A DNA stretch of 32,365 nucleotides from Eledone cirrhosa (GCA_964016885.1 CAXHJY010001103.1:1-32365); one strand, 5' to 3'; shown: positions 11,518 to 26,126, numbered from the stretch's first letter. Translations and numbers: made by a program. Notes: generated from the letters alone by a model not told the origin.

Positions 11518-12546
11518 TCATCATCACCGTTTTACATCCGTTCTTCCACGCTAGCATGGGTTAGACAGGTTGTCCTGTTGTGGGCAGTGTCTGGTCGGCT
11601 GACCATGCTTGCTCATACAGGAACTGATTTGGCTTGATTTCTACAGCTGGATGCCTTTCCTAACACCAACCTCATTTACAGTGAGTGCTGGGTGCTTTTT
11701 CGTGGCGCCTACACGTCCACTTTACAGTGTGGGCTGGGTGCTTTTTTGCCGTGGCACCTCCACGACCACCTTGCAGTGGGGGTGTGGGGGCATATTGTCT
11801 ATATGCTTCAGCTTGTACCCATGGGAGGTCGGGTACTCTGTATTACTGCGTGACGCCAGAAGTCACGGTCGTGTGTCATTGTCTTTGAGAGGTGTAATTG
11901 GGTAAGGTCGGCTTTTATCACCTCATCCCAGGTCATCTTGGGTCTCCCCACTCCGCAGTTTCCATCAACATCTAGTGCTCTGCACCTTTTTATGCAGCTG
12001 TCATCCTTCATACGCATCACATGTCCATACCAACGCAACCGCCTCTCCTGCACACAGCATTTGATTCCTCTTATGCTCAGTCTCTCTCTCAATTCATTTA
12101 TGCTTTGTCGTTCACGTATATTACTGTTACACATCCATCGGAGCATGCAGGCTTCGTTTCTCTCTAATCTACGTAAGTCTTCCACCTTCAGCGCCCAGGT
12201 CTCACTACCATGCAGCATCGCCGTTCCGATACATGTATCATACAGTCTGCCTTTCATTCAGAGGGAGAAGCCTTTTGCAGCTAGCAGTGGTAGTAGTTCC
12301 CTAAACTTCTTCCATCCCGTTCTTACCCTAGTTATTGTACTTTCTGAACACCCACCTCCGCTGCTAATTCGGTCACCTAGGTAGCAGAAGCTGTCAACTG
12401 TTTCTACAGGGCCCTCCCAGAGATTGGTGGTACTTGTTTCCTGTGGCTGTTTGCTGCTTGCTGTCCCAGCACAGCTGCTGCATGTGAAGTCTACATTCTT
12501 AATTAAGCTTCCTGAGATCCCGCTACATCTCTTGTGTACCCATTGT
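11518..12546 (-). mobile_element. RTE LINE copy 2, 5'-truncated inside the PHD finger
   Basis: Colinear with 1..895 plus a complete 3' end with a (TGA)3 tail at 11518-11526. Nonsense AGA>TGA at 12260-12258 and one extra codon (TASSKQ versus TASKQ). Confidence 0.96.
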
Positions 12547-13623
<1,077 letters not shown>

Positions 13624-14668
13624 TTTCTGGGTGGGAAATGACGATGGGATGGGTGGTGTAGGTATACTACTAGCTGACAAGTGGGTAGATAAAGTAATCT
13701 CAGTGTACAGGGTAAATGCAAGAATCATTAAACTCAGACTAGTCCTGAATAAGACAATTACCACAATAATATCAGCTTACGCACCCCAATCGGGGCTGCC
13801 AGACGAACTTAAGGATAGGTTTTACGAGTCCCTAATACACACTACTGCTCTAACAGACGACAAGGACTTCCTAATCATTGCAGGAGATTTTAACGGACAC
13901 GTAGGTAAACACTGCGACGGCTTCAATAGAGTACATGGAGGCCATGGAGTTGGCACAAGGAATGAGGAAGGATTCAGACTTCTAGAATTCTGCGACGCCA
14001 ATGACATGTCGATATGTAACACAAACTTTAAAAAACCCGACAACCACCTGATCACCTATAGATCAGGGGAGCACTCTAGTCAGTTAGATTTTATCCTCAT
14101 CAGAGGACGTGACAGATGGACGGTCGTAAACACAAAAGCCTTCCCTAGTGAGGAATGTACATCCCAACATAGCTTAGTTGTCAGCGACCTCACGGTCAGA
14201 ACTAGACGAGCCCTGAAACAGAGGCCAACCTGGAGAAGAAAGATCTGGAAGCTGAAAGTCCCCTCAACCAGTAACAGATTTAAAGATATTTTACTCAACG
14301 CCTACGACAGTAAAGAAGAACAGATAGAGACATTTAACGTAGAAGAGAACTGGGAGTTCCTAAAAAATAACTTACTAGAGGCGACGGATGAGGTTTGTGG
14401 CTGGAGTAAGACCTCAAGCAGGAGGAGAGTGACTTGGTGGTGGAACAATAAGGTAGATGAAGCAGTCAAGGCCAAGAGACAGGCATGGAAAGAATGGAAG
14501 AGCGGGGGGAGCAGGGTACATTACATAGAGACCAAGAGGGAAGCTAGGCGACAAGTATACTTAGCTAGGAGGGAAGCAGAGGATAGAAAATTCAAGAATG
14601 TTTTACAACGTGAGGACCAGAAACAGGAGGTATTCAAGATTGCGAGGCAGTGTGTCAGAGATAGTTGT

Positions 14669-15220
14669 TTAGCAGTATTAGTTATAGATGTTATCGCCAC
14701 ATTAGCAGGGTGGCAGAATCAGTGGTCGTTAGTTGCCAGTGTGGTAAGTGATAGTATCCTCGTTGGATTATCTTGTTGACATAGACGTGAGGGAAGGTCC
14801 CTCGATCTATTTACCATCTATTTACAATATTCCTTTCGTCAGGTCGCCAATTCCAGCAGCATGGATTAAAGATGTCATTGAGACAAGAGTAACATAATAA
14901 CGACTTCAACCGCAGTAATTAGAGATGAAATGTTTGTTTATTTATATGGTTGAAGTTACAGATAAAAAGAGGTTACATTAGGGAATGTGCCATTGCGCCG
15001 TTAGGCCGGCGAGGCTAGTGGTGCAATATCTCACTGTTACATTATGCGTGTTGCTGGCTCGAAGTTTCTGGTACAAGAGCGAGATTCTTCAAATCTTCGC
15101 GGGGAATTTCTTCCTCAGGGCGCGTAGGGATACATCCTCTTCTACTGGCGCTGATTGGCTGAACTGAGCCAAATCACGCACAGAGAATGTATGTGAGCCT
15201 GCGGAATGTAGGTCACTACA
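14669..15220 (-). mobile_element. 552-bp nested insertion, solo-LTR-like
   Basis: The empty site in copy 1 is GATAGTTGTGATG; here GTTGT flanks both sides (14664-14668, 15221-15225). The minus strand begins TGTAGTG and carries CCAAT (15158-15154) and then AATAAA (14942-14937). No recognisable protein coding. The insertion is certain; the LTR identity is inferred. Confidence 0.7.
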
Positions 15221-17075
15221 GTTGTGATGTCATTGGAGAGAAGTGTATCCGGAATGATAAAGGTGAGCTTGCCCTCACAAGTGCTGAGAAGAAAGATACA
15301 TGGAAGAGTCATTATGATAGATTACTAAATGAGGAGAATGCATGGGAAGAAGAGACCCTACCCCATGTAGACCCTATAGAGGGACCAGCAGTACAAGTCA
15401 GCGGCAGCGTAGTAAGTAAGGCAATCAGAGATATGAAGATGGGGAAGGCAACCGGTCCATCGGGTATAGCTGCCGAGATGCTGAAGGCATCTGGGTCTGT
15501 AGGTCACACTATAACCACACGTATCGTTAACCAGGTAATACTAGAAGGGGCCATACCAAAAGACTGGTGCAGTAGCATCATTGTCAACTGCTACAAAGGT
15601 AAAGGCGATGCACTAGATAGAGGAAACTATAGAGGTATAAAGTTGATGGACCAGGTCATGAAAGTAACAGAAAGAGTTATAGCACAGCTGATTAGGGACC
15701 GGGTGAATATAGACGAGATGCAATTTGGGTTTGTACCAGGGAGAGGCACCACTGATGCCCTCTTCCTTGTTAGGCAATTACAGGAAAAGTACCTAGCTAA
15801 AAGTAAGCCACTCTACTTGGCATTTGTCGACCTTGAGAAAGCCTTTGACAGAGTTCCACGTGCAGTAATCTGGTGGGCTCTTAGAAAACTAGGAGTAGAT
15901 GAATGGCTTGTGAAAGCGGTACAAGCCATGTATAGGGGAGCAGTCAGCAAAGTTAGGATTAGCAATGAGTATAGCGAGGAATTTAGCGTACAGGTTGGGG
16001 TCCACCAGGGCTCTGTTCTTAGCCCTCTCCTGTTCATCATAGTCCTGCAGGCAATAACGGAGGAGTTTAAGACCGGATGCCCATGGGAACTCCTGTATGC
16101 TGATGACCTCGCACTCATAGCTGAATCTATGGTAGAACTAGAGAATAAATTCCAAACCTGGAAGCAGGGACTAGAGAGAAAGAGCCTCAAAGTCAACATG
16201 ACAAAGACTAAGGTCCTTGTAAGTAGACGAGAAAACAGAACCCAGATCCCCTCAGGGAAATGGCCTTGCTCAGTATGTAGGAAAGGTGTAGGTAGGAACT
16301 CCATTCTCAGCCCCAAATTGAAACAATGGGTACACAAGAGATGTAGCGGGATCTCAGGAAGCTTAATTAAGAATGTAGGATTCACATGCAGCAGCTGTGC
16401 TGAAACAGCAAGAAAACAGCCACAGGAAACAAGTACCACCAATCTCTGGGAGGGCCCTGTAGAAACAGTAGACAGCTTCTGCTACCTAGGTGACCGAATT
16501 AGCAACGGAGGTGGGTGCTCAGAAAGTACAATAACTAGGGTAAGAACGGGATGGAAGAAGTTTAGGGAACTACTACCACTGCTAGCTGCAAAAGGCTTCT
16601 CCCTCAGAATGAAAGGCAGACTGTATGATGCGTGTATCCGAACAGCGATGTTGCATGGTAGTGAGACCTGGGCGCTGAAGGTGGAAGACTTACGTAGATT
16701 AGAGAGAAACGAAGCCTGCATGCTCCGATGGATGTGTAACAGTAATATACGTGAACGACAAAGCATAAAGGAATTGAGAGACTGAGCATAAGAGGAATCA
16801 AATGCTGCGTGCAGGAGAGGTGGTTACGCTGGTATGGACATGTGATGCGTATGAAGGATGACAGCTGCATAAAAAGGTGCAGAGCACTACAAGTTGATGG
16901 AAACCGCGGAGTGGGGAGACCCAAGATGACTGGGGATGAGGTGATAAAAGCCGACCTTACCCAACTACACCTCTCAAAGACAATGACACACGACCGTGAC
17001 TTCTGGCGTCACGCAGTAATACAGGGTACCCGACCTCCCATGGGTACATGCTGAAGCATATAAACAATATGCCCC

Positions 17076-17180
17076 CACTGCAAGGTGGTCGTGGAGGTGC
17101 CACGGCAAAAAAGCACCCAGCCCACACTGTAAAGTGGACGTGTAGGCGCCACGAAAAAGCACCCAGCACTCACTGTAAAT
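17076..17180 (+). repeat. Internal 46-49-bp tandem motif in the RTE 3' UTR (about 2.2 copies)
   Basis: CACTG..GTGG.CGTG.AGG.GCCACG..AAAAAGCACCCAGC starts at 17076 and 17125, with a partial copy at 17171. Also present in copies 1 and 2. Confidence 0.85.
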
Positions 17181-17344
17181 GAGGTTGGTGTTAGGAAGGG
17201 CATCCAGCTGTAGAAATCAAGCCAGATCAGTTCCTGTATGAGCAAGGCATGGTCAGCCGACCAGACACTGCCCACAACAGGACAACCCGTCTAACCCATG
17301 CTAGCGTGGAAGAACGGATGTAAAACGGTGATGATGATGATGAT

Positions 17345-17354
17345 ACATACATAT

Positions 17355-17402
<48 letters not shown>

Positions 17403-17412
17403 GTATATATAC

Positions 17413-17459
<47 letters not shown>

Positions 17460-17736
17460 CATATATATATATACATATATATATATATACATATATACAT
17501 ATATATATATACATATATATATATACATATATATACATACATATGTATATATATATACATATATATATATACATATATATATATACATATATATATATAC
17601 ATACATATGTATATATACATACATATGTATATATATATACATATATATATATACATATATATATATACATATATATATATACATACATATGTATATATAC
17701 ATACATATGTATATATATATACATATATATATATAC

Positions 17737-17767
<31 letters not shown>

Positions 17768-17836
17768 CATATATATATACATATATATATATACATATAT
17801 ATATATACATATATATTTACATATATATATATATAT

Positions 17837-17915
<79 letters not shown>

Positions 17916-17950
17916 TATATACACATACATACATACATACATACATATAC
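17345..17950. repeat. (TA)n/(TACA)n microsatellite
   Basis: Seen directly. Confidence 0.98.
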
Positions 17951-18096
17951 AATATTAAATAAATGGAAAACTATATTTATAAAACCATATTTATTTCATT
18001 ATATATATTTCGGGGATATCATATTAACAATATGCTATGCCTTCATCAGACAAAATACAATATAAACAGTTTTATAGATAAATATATTCGACATAC

Positions 18097-18132
18097 CGTA
18101 ATAAACATCAACTTCATTTGAAGAGGTTCACT
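18097..18132 (-). CDS. Candidate 36-nt phase-0 host microexon ([12 protein letters not shown])
   Basis: Minus strand: roughly 100-nt polypyrimidine tract (18240-18137) ...ttttcactgctag|AGTGAACCTCTTCAAATGAAGTTGATGTTTATTACG|gtatgt. Only one of three frames is open. It sits in a 400-bp non-repetitive island. No transcript or homology evidence. Confidence 0.45.
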
Positions 18133-18354
18133 CTAGCAGTGAAAACACAGACAGAAAGAAAGAGAGAGAGAAAAGAGGGAAATAAGAAAGAAAGAAAGAC
18201 AAAACGAAGAAAAGGAAGAAAAAGAAGAAAAAGAAGAAATGCATGGGACAAAATAGAGAGATGGAAAAATAGATAAAGCGAAGAGCTTCATGTAAAGAGA
18301 CCGAAAGAGATATATTTACTAGTTGTAACCCAACAATTTTAAATATAACTTTAC

Positions 18355-21324
<2,970 letters not shown>

Positions 21325-21507
21325 GGTGGCTGCCAACTCGTTTTCGAGTACGGCCACTACTTTATATCCATGTAGGAGAACCCCTACCGATACTCTGAAC
21401 GAGTGTGACTTCTTAGTCCAGCCAGCGACTTGAAAACTCTCGTACAAACACTACACTTGTGACAATTATTGACGCATAGTGCTGGGCCCATGGTACCATG
21501 TGACGAC
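21325..21507 (-). mobile_element. 3'-terminal fragment of a BovB-like RTE relative (terminal C2H2-like finger + 3' UTR)
   Basis: Encodes [20 protein letters not shown]. The 3' end GTGGCCGTACTCGAAAACGAGTTGGCAGCCACC is homologous to 25527-25646 and 25666-25850. Confidence 0.8.
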
Positions 21508-21675
21508 GATATACATATATATACATATATATATATACATACATATGTATACGTACATATATACAATGTACGTATTTGTTTGCGTGCATGTATTTATTTA
21601 TTTCTATTACTTCTGTATTGTATTTATTTACTTTGTTCTTAACTCTGTAGCGGAGATTCATTCGGTCTCCTAGTT

Positions 21676-21847
21676 AGAATTTTAGTCTACGACTTCTGCT
21701 ATACCATTTACGTGGTCTTGTCTTTGCGTGTTATTGTTCTCCACGCTCCACATATGACGTATTATCTTCGTTTTTTTCGTTCTTCGCCAGAGAACGTCTC
21801 TATGAACCACCTAAGAGAACATTAGTCTACGATCTCTTTTATACCAT
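21676..21847. repeat. Diverged direct repeat with a 32-bp core at 140-bp spacing
   Basis: AGAATTTTAGTCTACGACTTCTGCTATACCAT (21676-21707) versus AGAACATTAGTCTACGATCTCTTTTATACCAT (21816-21847): 26/32 identical, ungapped. Confidence 0.8.
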
Positions 21848-21860
21848 AAAGTATCGTCTT

Positions 21861-23031
21861 TCATCATCATCGTTTAATGTCCATGTTCCACTCTTGCATG
21901 GGTTTGGACGGGAGTTTTCCCACTTGAGGCAAGAGTGGCTGTCTTGCTCGCATAGGACTGTCTGGCGGGTTTTCTACAGCTGGATGCCCTTCCTAACACC
22001 AACCACATTTACAGTGTGGGTCTGGGAGGTTTTTACCGTGTTGCCTATACGGCCACATTACAGCGTGGACTGTGTGTTTTTTGTCGTGACACCTACACAA
22101 TCTCATTTGTTTCGGCCTGGATGTTGTGGCACCAACATAAACTTACATTGAAAGGGGCGGTGTGGATGGGGTAGTGGTGGTGGGACGGGGGTGTGTTTTG
22201 TTAGAGATGCCTACTGACTGTAGTAGGTTTTACTTTGTATTTCAGGTAAGGCGGGTCTTCTCTATTACTGAGTACCGCCAAAGATCTCGGTCCAGTGATA
22301 TTCTTTTGGAGAGGTGTAAGTGTGTGAGGTCGGAATTTATTAGGTCGTCCCAGGTTTTTCTGGGTCTGCCTACTCCGTGGCTACCGTCTATCTTTATTTC
22401 CCTGCACTTTTTTATACAGCTGTCGTCTTTCATGCGCATCACGTGACCATACCAACGTAGCCTTCTCTCGACTAAACAATATCTGATCCCTCTTATTTCT
22501 AATTTTTCCCTTAGTTCGTTTATGCTTTGCCATTCGCGTATATTACTATTACACATCCAGCGGAGCATGCAAGATTCGTTCCTCTCTAGTCTGCGTATAT
22601 CCTCTGCACACAATGCCCAGATCTCACTGCCATGCAACATTGCTGTTCGTATGCAGGCATCATACAGCCTGCCTTTCATTTTTAGGGAGAACCATTTAGC
22701 GGCTAATACTGTACTTTCAGAGCACCCTCCCCCACTGCTGATTTTGTCACCCAGGTAACGGAAGCTGTCCACTATTTCTATAAAACCCTCAGCGCAATTG
22801 AAAGAGCTAGTATTTTGTGGGCACATGCTGCTACTTATTGCACCAGAGCACCGGCCACATGTAAAATCTATGTTCTTAGTTAGCTTACCTGTGATCCCAC
22901 TGCATCTTTTATGCACCCATACTTTGCATTTGGGACATAAAATGGAGTTTCTACCTACGCCTTTCCTAGACACCGAGCATGGCCATTTCCCGGAAGGGAC
23001 CGGTGCCTTATTTTCTTTCCTACAAACTAGA
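21861..23031 (-). mobile_element. RTE LINE copy 4, a diverged subfamily of the PHD-bearing element, 5'-truncated
   Basis: Frame ending at 22242 reads PSGKWPCSVSRKGVGRNSILCPKCKVWVHKRC..FTCGRC..FRYLG..RRLRWYGHV, with an in-frame deletion after SEST. The 3' UTR shares GGTGTTAGGAAGGGCATCCAGCTGTAGAAA. (GAT)n tail at 21861-21871. Confidence 0.92.
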
Positions 23032-23046
23032 ACATATATATATATG

Positions 23047-23394
23047 CATCATCATCATCATCATCATTTCGTTTTACGTCCGCTTTTCCCTGCTTGCAAG
23101 GGTGGGACGGGAACTGATGCTGGCTTGATTTCTACAGCTGGATGCCCTTCCTAACACCAACCTCATTTACAGTGAGTGCTGGGTGCTTTTTTGCCGTGGC
23201 ACCTCCACGACCACTTTACAGTGGAATGATAGAGACTCCGGTCCCTATCATCTCATTTCTACAGCTGAGTAAACTGGAGCAATGTGAAATAAAGTGTCTT
23301 GCTCAAGGGAACAACACATCACCCGGTCTGAGAATTGAACTCACAACCTTTCAATTGCAAGGCCAATGCTCTAACCACTAAGCCATGTGCCTCC
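23047..23394 (-). mobile_element. Full-length tRNA-derived CORE-type SINE with an RTE-derived 3' tail
   Basis: A box TGGCTTAGTGG (23385-23375) and B box GAGTTCAATTC (23342-23332). CCCTTGAGCAAGACACTTTATTTCACATTGCTCCAGTTTACTCAGCTGTAGAAATG resembles the MIR/CORE domain. 23224-23110 matches the RTE 3' UTR. (ATG)7 tail at 23067-23047. Confidence 0.9.
23332..23385 (-). promoter_or_regulatory. Pol III internal promoter (A and B boxes) of the SINE
   Basis: Matches to TRGCNNARYGG and G(A/G)GTTCRANNC with tRNA-like spacing. Confidence 0.8.
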
Positions 23395-23460
23395 ATGCAT
23401 ACATATATATATATACATACATATATATATATATACATACATATATATATATACATACAT

Positions 23461-23575
23461 ATGATGGCTGCCCCCTCGTTATCGAGTATGGCCATTGCAC
23501 GAGAAAGAAAAAAAAAAAAAAAAAAAAATAATGATAATAAATAAAAATAAAATAAAAATTTAAAAATAAAAAAAG

Positions 23576-23616
<41 letters not shown>

Positions 23617-25454
23617 CATATACATACACATATACACACACACACATATACACACACACATACATTAATAACAATAATAATAATAACAATAATAATATAC
23701 ATATACGCACACACATAAGCATATCTACACACACACACACACATGATAGCAACTAACAGCGCTGCGATCGAATGTGGCTTTTTAGCCCAGCCAATGATCT
23801 AAAATGTCTTGCACAGAGTCGGCAACCAAAACATTCACTGGGAATAGTCGGCTGTGGTTGGAGTTTGTGTACTTTTGCATGTCGCTTGAGCCCTCCTGCT
23901 GATTTACATTCTCTACCACATGTTTGGCAAGCATGATGAGTAGCATCTCCAACAGCAGCCTGGTAGTCAACCACTGGTCTTACTTTATGACTGCGAAGAT
24001 GACTTTCGAGTCCAGCTTTGCTTAGGCAGAGTCTCGCACATACGCTGCATGTCAGCACCATAGGAGGACCCTCGCCGTCTGGAAGTGCAACAGCAATGCC
24101 CTTCCTCACATCCTGCTTTACTTTCTCGTATGCGATTCGAGATGCCTCAAAGGCAACTTTTCCCTCATATACAATCTTTCTCCATTTATTACGATCAGCA
24201 GCAATATTCTCCCATGTATCAGCAGAGATGTTAGCATCATTCAGAGAAGCTTTCAAGGAATCCTTATACCTCTTTTTTGGTTTATGTGGCGGTCATTTTC
24301 CTTTAACCAACTCTCCATAGAAGAGTTGTTTTGGTATTCTAGAATCCTTCATCCTGGCAAGGTGACCACTCCAACGGAGTCGTTGCTTAAGCACAAGAGC
24401 TTCTATACTGTCACACATAGAGCTTTCCAAAATCTCAACATCACTGATGTGGTCCCTCCAGTGAACGCCATGGATCTGTCTGAGACACATCTGATGGAAA
24501 CGCTCCAATTGTTTAAGGTGGTGTCGATATGTGACCCAGGTCTCGCAGGCATAAAGAAGACAAGAGAGCACACATGCCCTGTACACCTTTACCTTTGTCC
24601 TCCTGCATATGTCTCACCGACCCCAGAGTCGCCTTTCTAGCTTTCCGAAAGCATCACTTGCTTTCCTAATCCTAAGTGAGATTTCACTGTCAAGGTTGCT
24701 GTATCGATTGACAGTGCTTCCCAGGTAGACAAACTGATCAACCACTCCAAGTCGTTTGCCATACACATAGATGTTTGGTTCAGTGTACTACTTACCAGGG
24801 GCAGGTTGGTACATGACGACGGTTTTCTTGAGACTGACAGTCAGACCTAGGGCAGTGCAAGCGTCAGAAAATGCATTCAAAATGTGCTGCATATCACTCT
24901 CTGTGTGCGCTACAAGATCGCAACCATCTGCATACAAGAGGTCTCTTATGATTGATGTAAATACTTTTGTCTTCGCAGCAAAGCGCCTGATGTTAAATAT
25001 GCTACCTGAGGTTCGATATCGGATGTAAACACCATGCTCGCAATTCCTGAATGCAATACAGAAAACCATTGCAAAGTATATGGCAAACAGGGTCGGTGCT
25101 GGAATATCCCCCTGTTTCACTCCATTTTTTACTGAGATAGGCTCCGACATGTTACCTCCGACATTAACCCAAGCCTTCATGTCGTCATGGAAAGACCTAA
25201 CTAAAGCAAGGAACTTATCAGGGCAACCAAGTTTCTGGAGAACCTTCCATAATGCATCTCTTAACAGTATTGAAAGCTTTTGTCGGATCGACAAAAACCT
25301 GATACAGATCCAAGCCTTGTTCCATGCACTTCTCCTGGAGTTGTCTAGCTGAGAAGATCATATCAGTAGTGCCGCGTCCAGCACGAAAACCAGTTTGACT
25401 TTCAGGAAGAACACAATCTGCAATGTGTGTCAGCAGCCGGTCCAGAAGCACCCT
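23461..25454 (-). mobile_element. BovB-like RTE LINE, 5'-truncated in RT, decayed, with three C-terminal C2H2 fingers
   Basis: Motifs LPESQTGFRAGRGTTDMIFSARQLQEKC, GVKQG, IRYRTSGSIFN, DLLYADG, FVYLG, LRWSGHLARM..RIPKQLFYGEL, with frameshifts and a stop at 24790-24788. The ORF ends at 23753. The probable 3' terminus TGGCCATACTCGATAACGAGGGGGCAGCCATCAT lies at 23494-23461, beyond a simple-repeat tract. Confidence 0.9.
23503..23742. repeat. Mixed simple repeats: poly(A), (TA)n, (CA)n, (AAT)n
   Basis: Seen directly; lies between the BovB-like stop codon and its apparent 3' terminus. Confidence 0.9.
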
Positions 25455-25526
25455 ACATATATACATACATACATACATACATATATATACATACATATAT
25501 ACATACATACATATATATATATATAT

Positions 25527-25646
25527 GGTGGCTGCCAACTCCTTTTCGAGTACGGTCACTACTTTATATCAATGTAGGAGAAATCCTACCGATGCGCTGA
25601 ACGAGTGCGACTTTTTAGTCCAGCCAGTGACTTGAAAACTCTGGTA
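25527..25646 (-). mobile_element. 120-bp 3' fragment of the same family as 21325-21507
   Basis: Direct alignment by eye with 21325-21444 and 25666-25785. Confidence 0.85.
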
Positions 25647-25665
25647 TACTCATACATACATATAT

Positions 25666-26126
25666 GGTAGCTGCCAACTCGTTTTCGAGTACAGCCACTA
25701 CTTTATATCGATGTAGGAGAACCCCTACCAATGCGCTGAATGAGTGTGACTTTTTAGTCCAGCCAGCAACTTGAAAACTCTGGTACAAACACTACACCTG
25801 TGACAATTATTGACAGATAGTGCTGGGCCCATGGTACCACGTGACGACAAGTGCAGAGAGATCAGAGATCTCCAGATATAAAGCAATGCCTGTGCCGCGA
25901 AGCTTTTATAGTGAGCAAAGGCACTGCACAAAGCCAGTCCCACTCTCTTAACCAAGATAATATTTACCAAAAAGAAGAACAAGTCAACATCATTGGATAC
26001 CATCAGGGTTGCAGGTGTTATATCAGAGTTTTCTTTCTCCTAGAATTCTGCCTTGACAAAGGCTAAGGGGTCATCTCTCTCGGTGATTTTGGATGGCCAT
26101 TGACTCTTAAGAGCGCCTTTGCCCTT
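25666..26126 (-). mobile_element. 460-bp 3' fragment of the same family, with degenerate coding remnants
   Basis: [22 protein letters not shown] finger. Upstream frameshifted PDG..PMMLTC resembles PDGEGPPMVLTC of the 23461-25454 element. Confidence 0.75.

Larger units (their letters stand above)
13624..17344 (+). mobile_element. RTE LINE copy 3, 5'-truncated in the endonuclease, interrupted by an insertion at 14669-15220
   Basis: Starts at FWVGNDDG and is nearly identical to the reverse complement of copy 1. A 4-bp (AG)2 deletion near 16780 shifts the frame; the original stop is at 17052-17054. 3' UTR followed by a (TGA)5 tail at 17329-17343. Confidence 0.97.

Noticed and set aside
14838-14849. 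TGGCGACCTGAC on the minus strand resembling a tRNA primer-binding site
   Set aside because: It is not preceded by a CA LTR end, lies inside the insert and has no gag sequence after it. Too short to support without a tRNA search.
23322-23394. Possible tRNA gene
   Set aside because: A and B boxes are present, but there is no convincing acceptor stem or poly(T) terminator, and the sequence continues into CORE and LINE-tail segments. It is a SINE head.
23753-24256. Host C2H2 zinc-finger transcription factor gene
   Set aside because: The fingers are colinear with the RT and thumb remnants of an RTE and lack TGEKP linkers.
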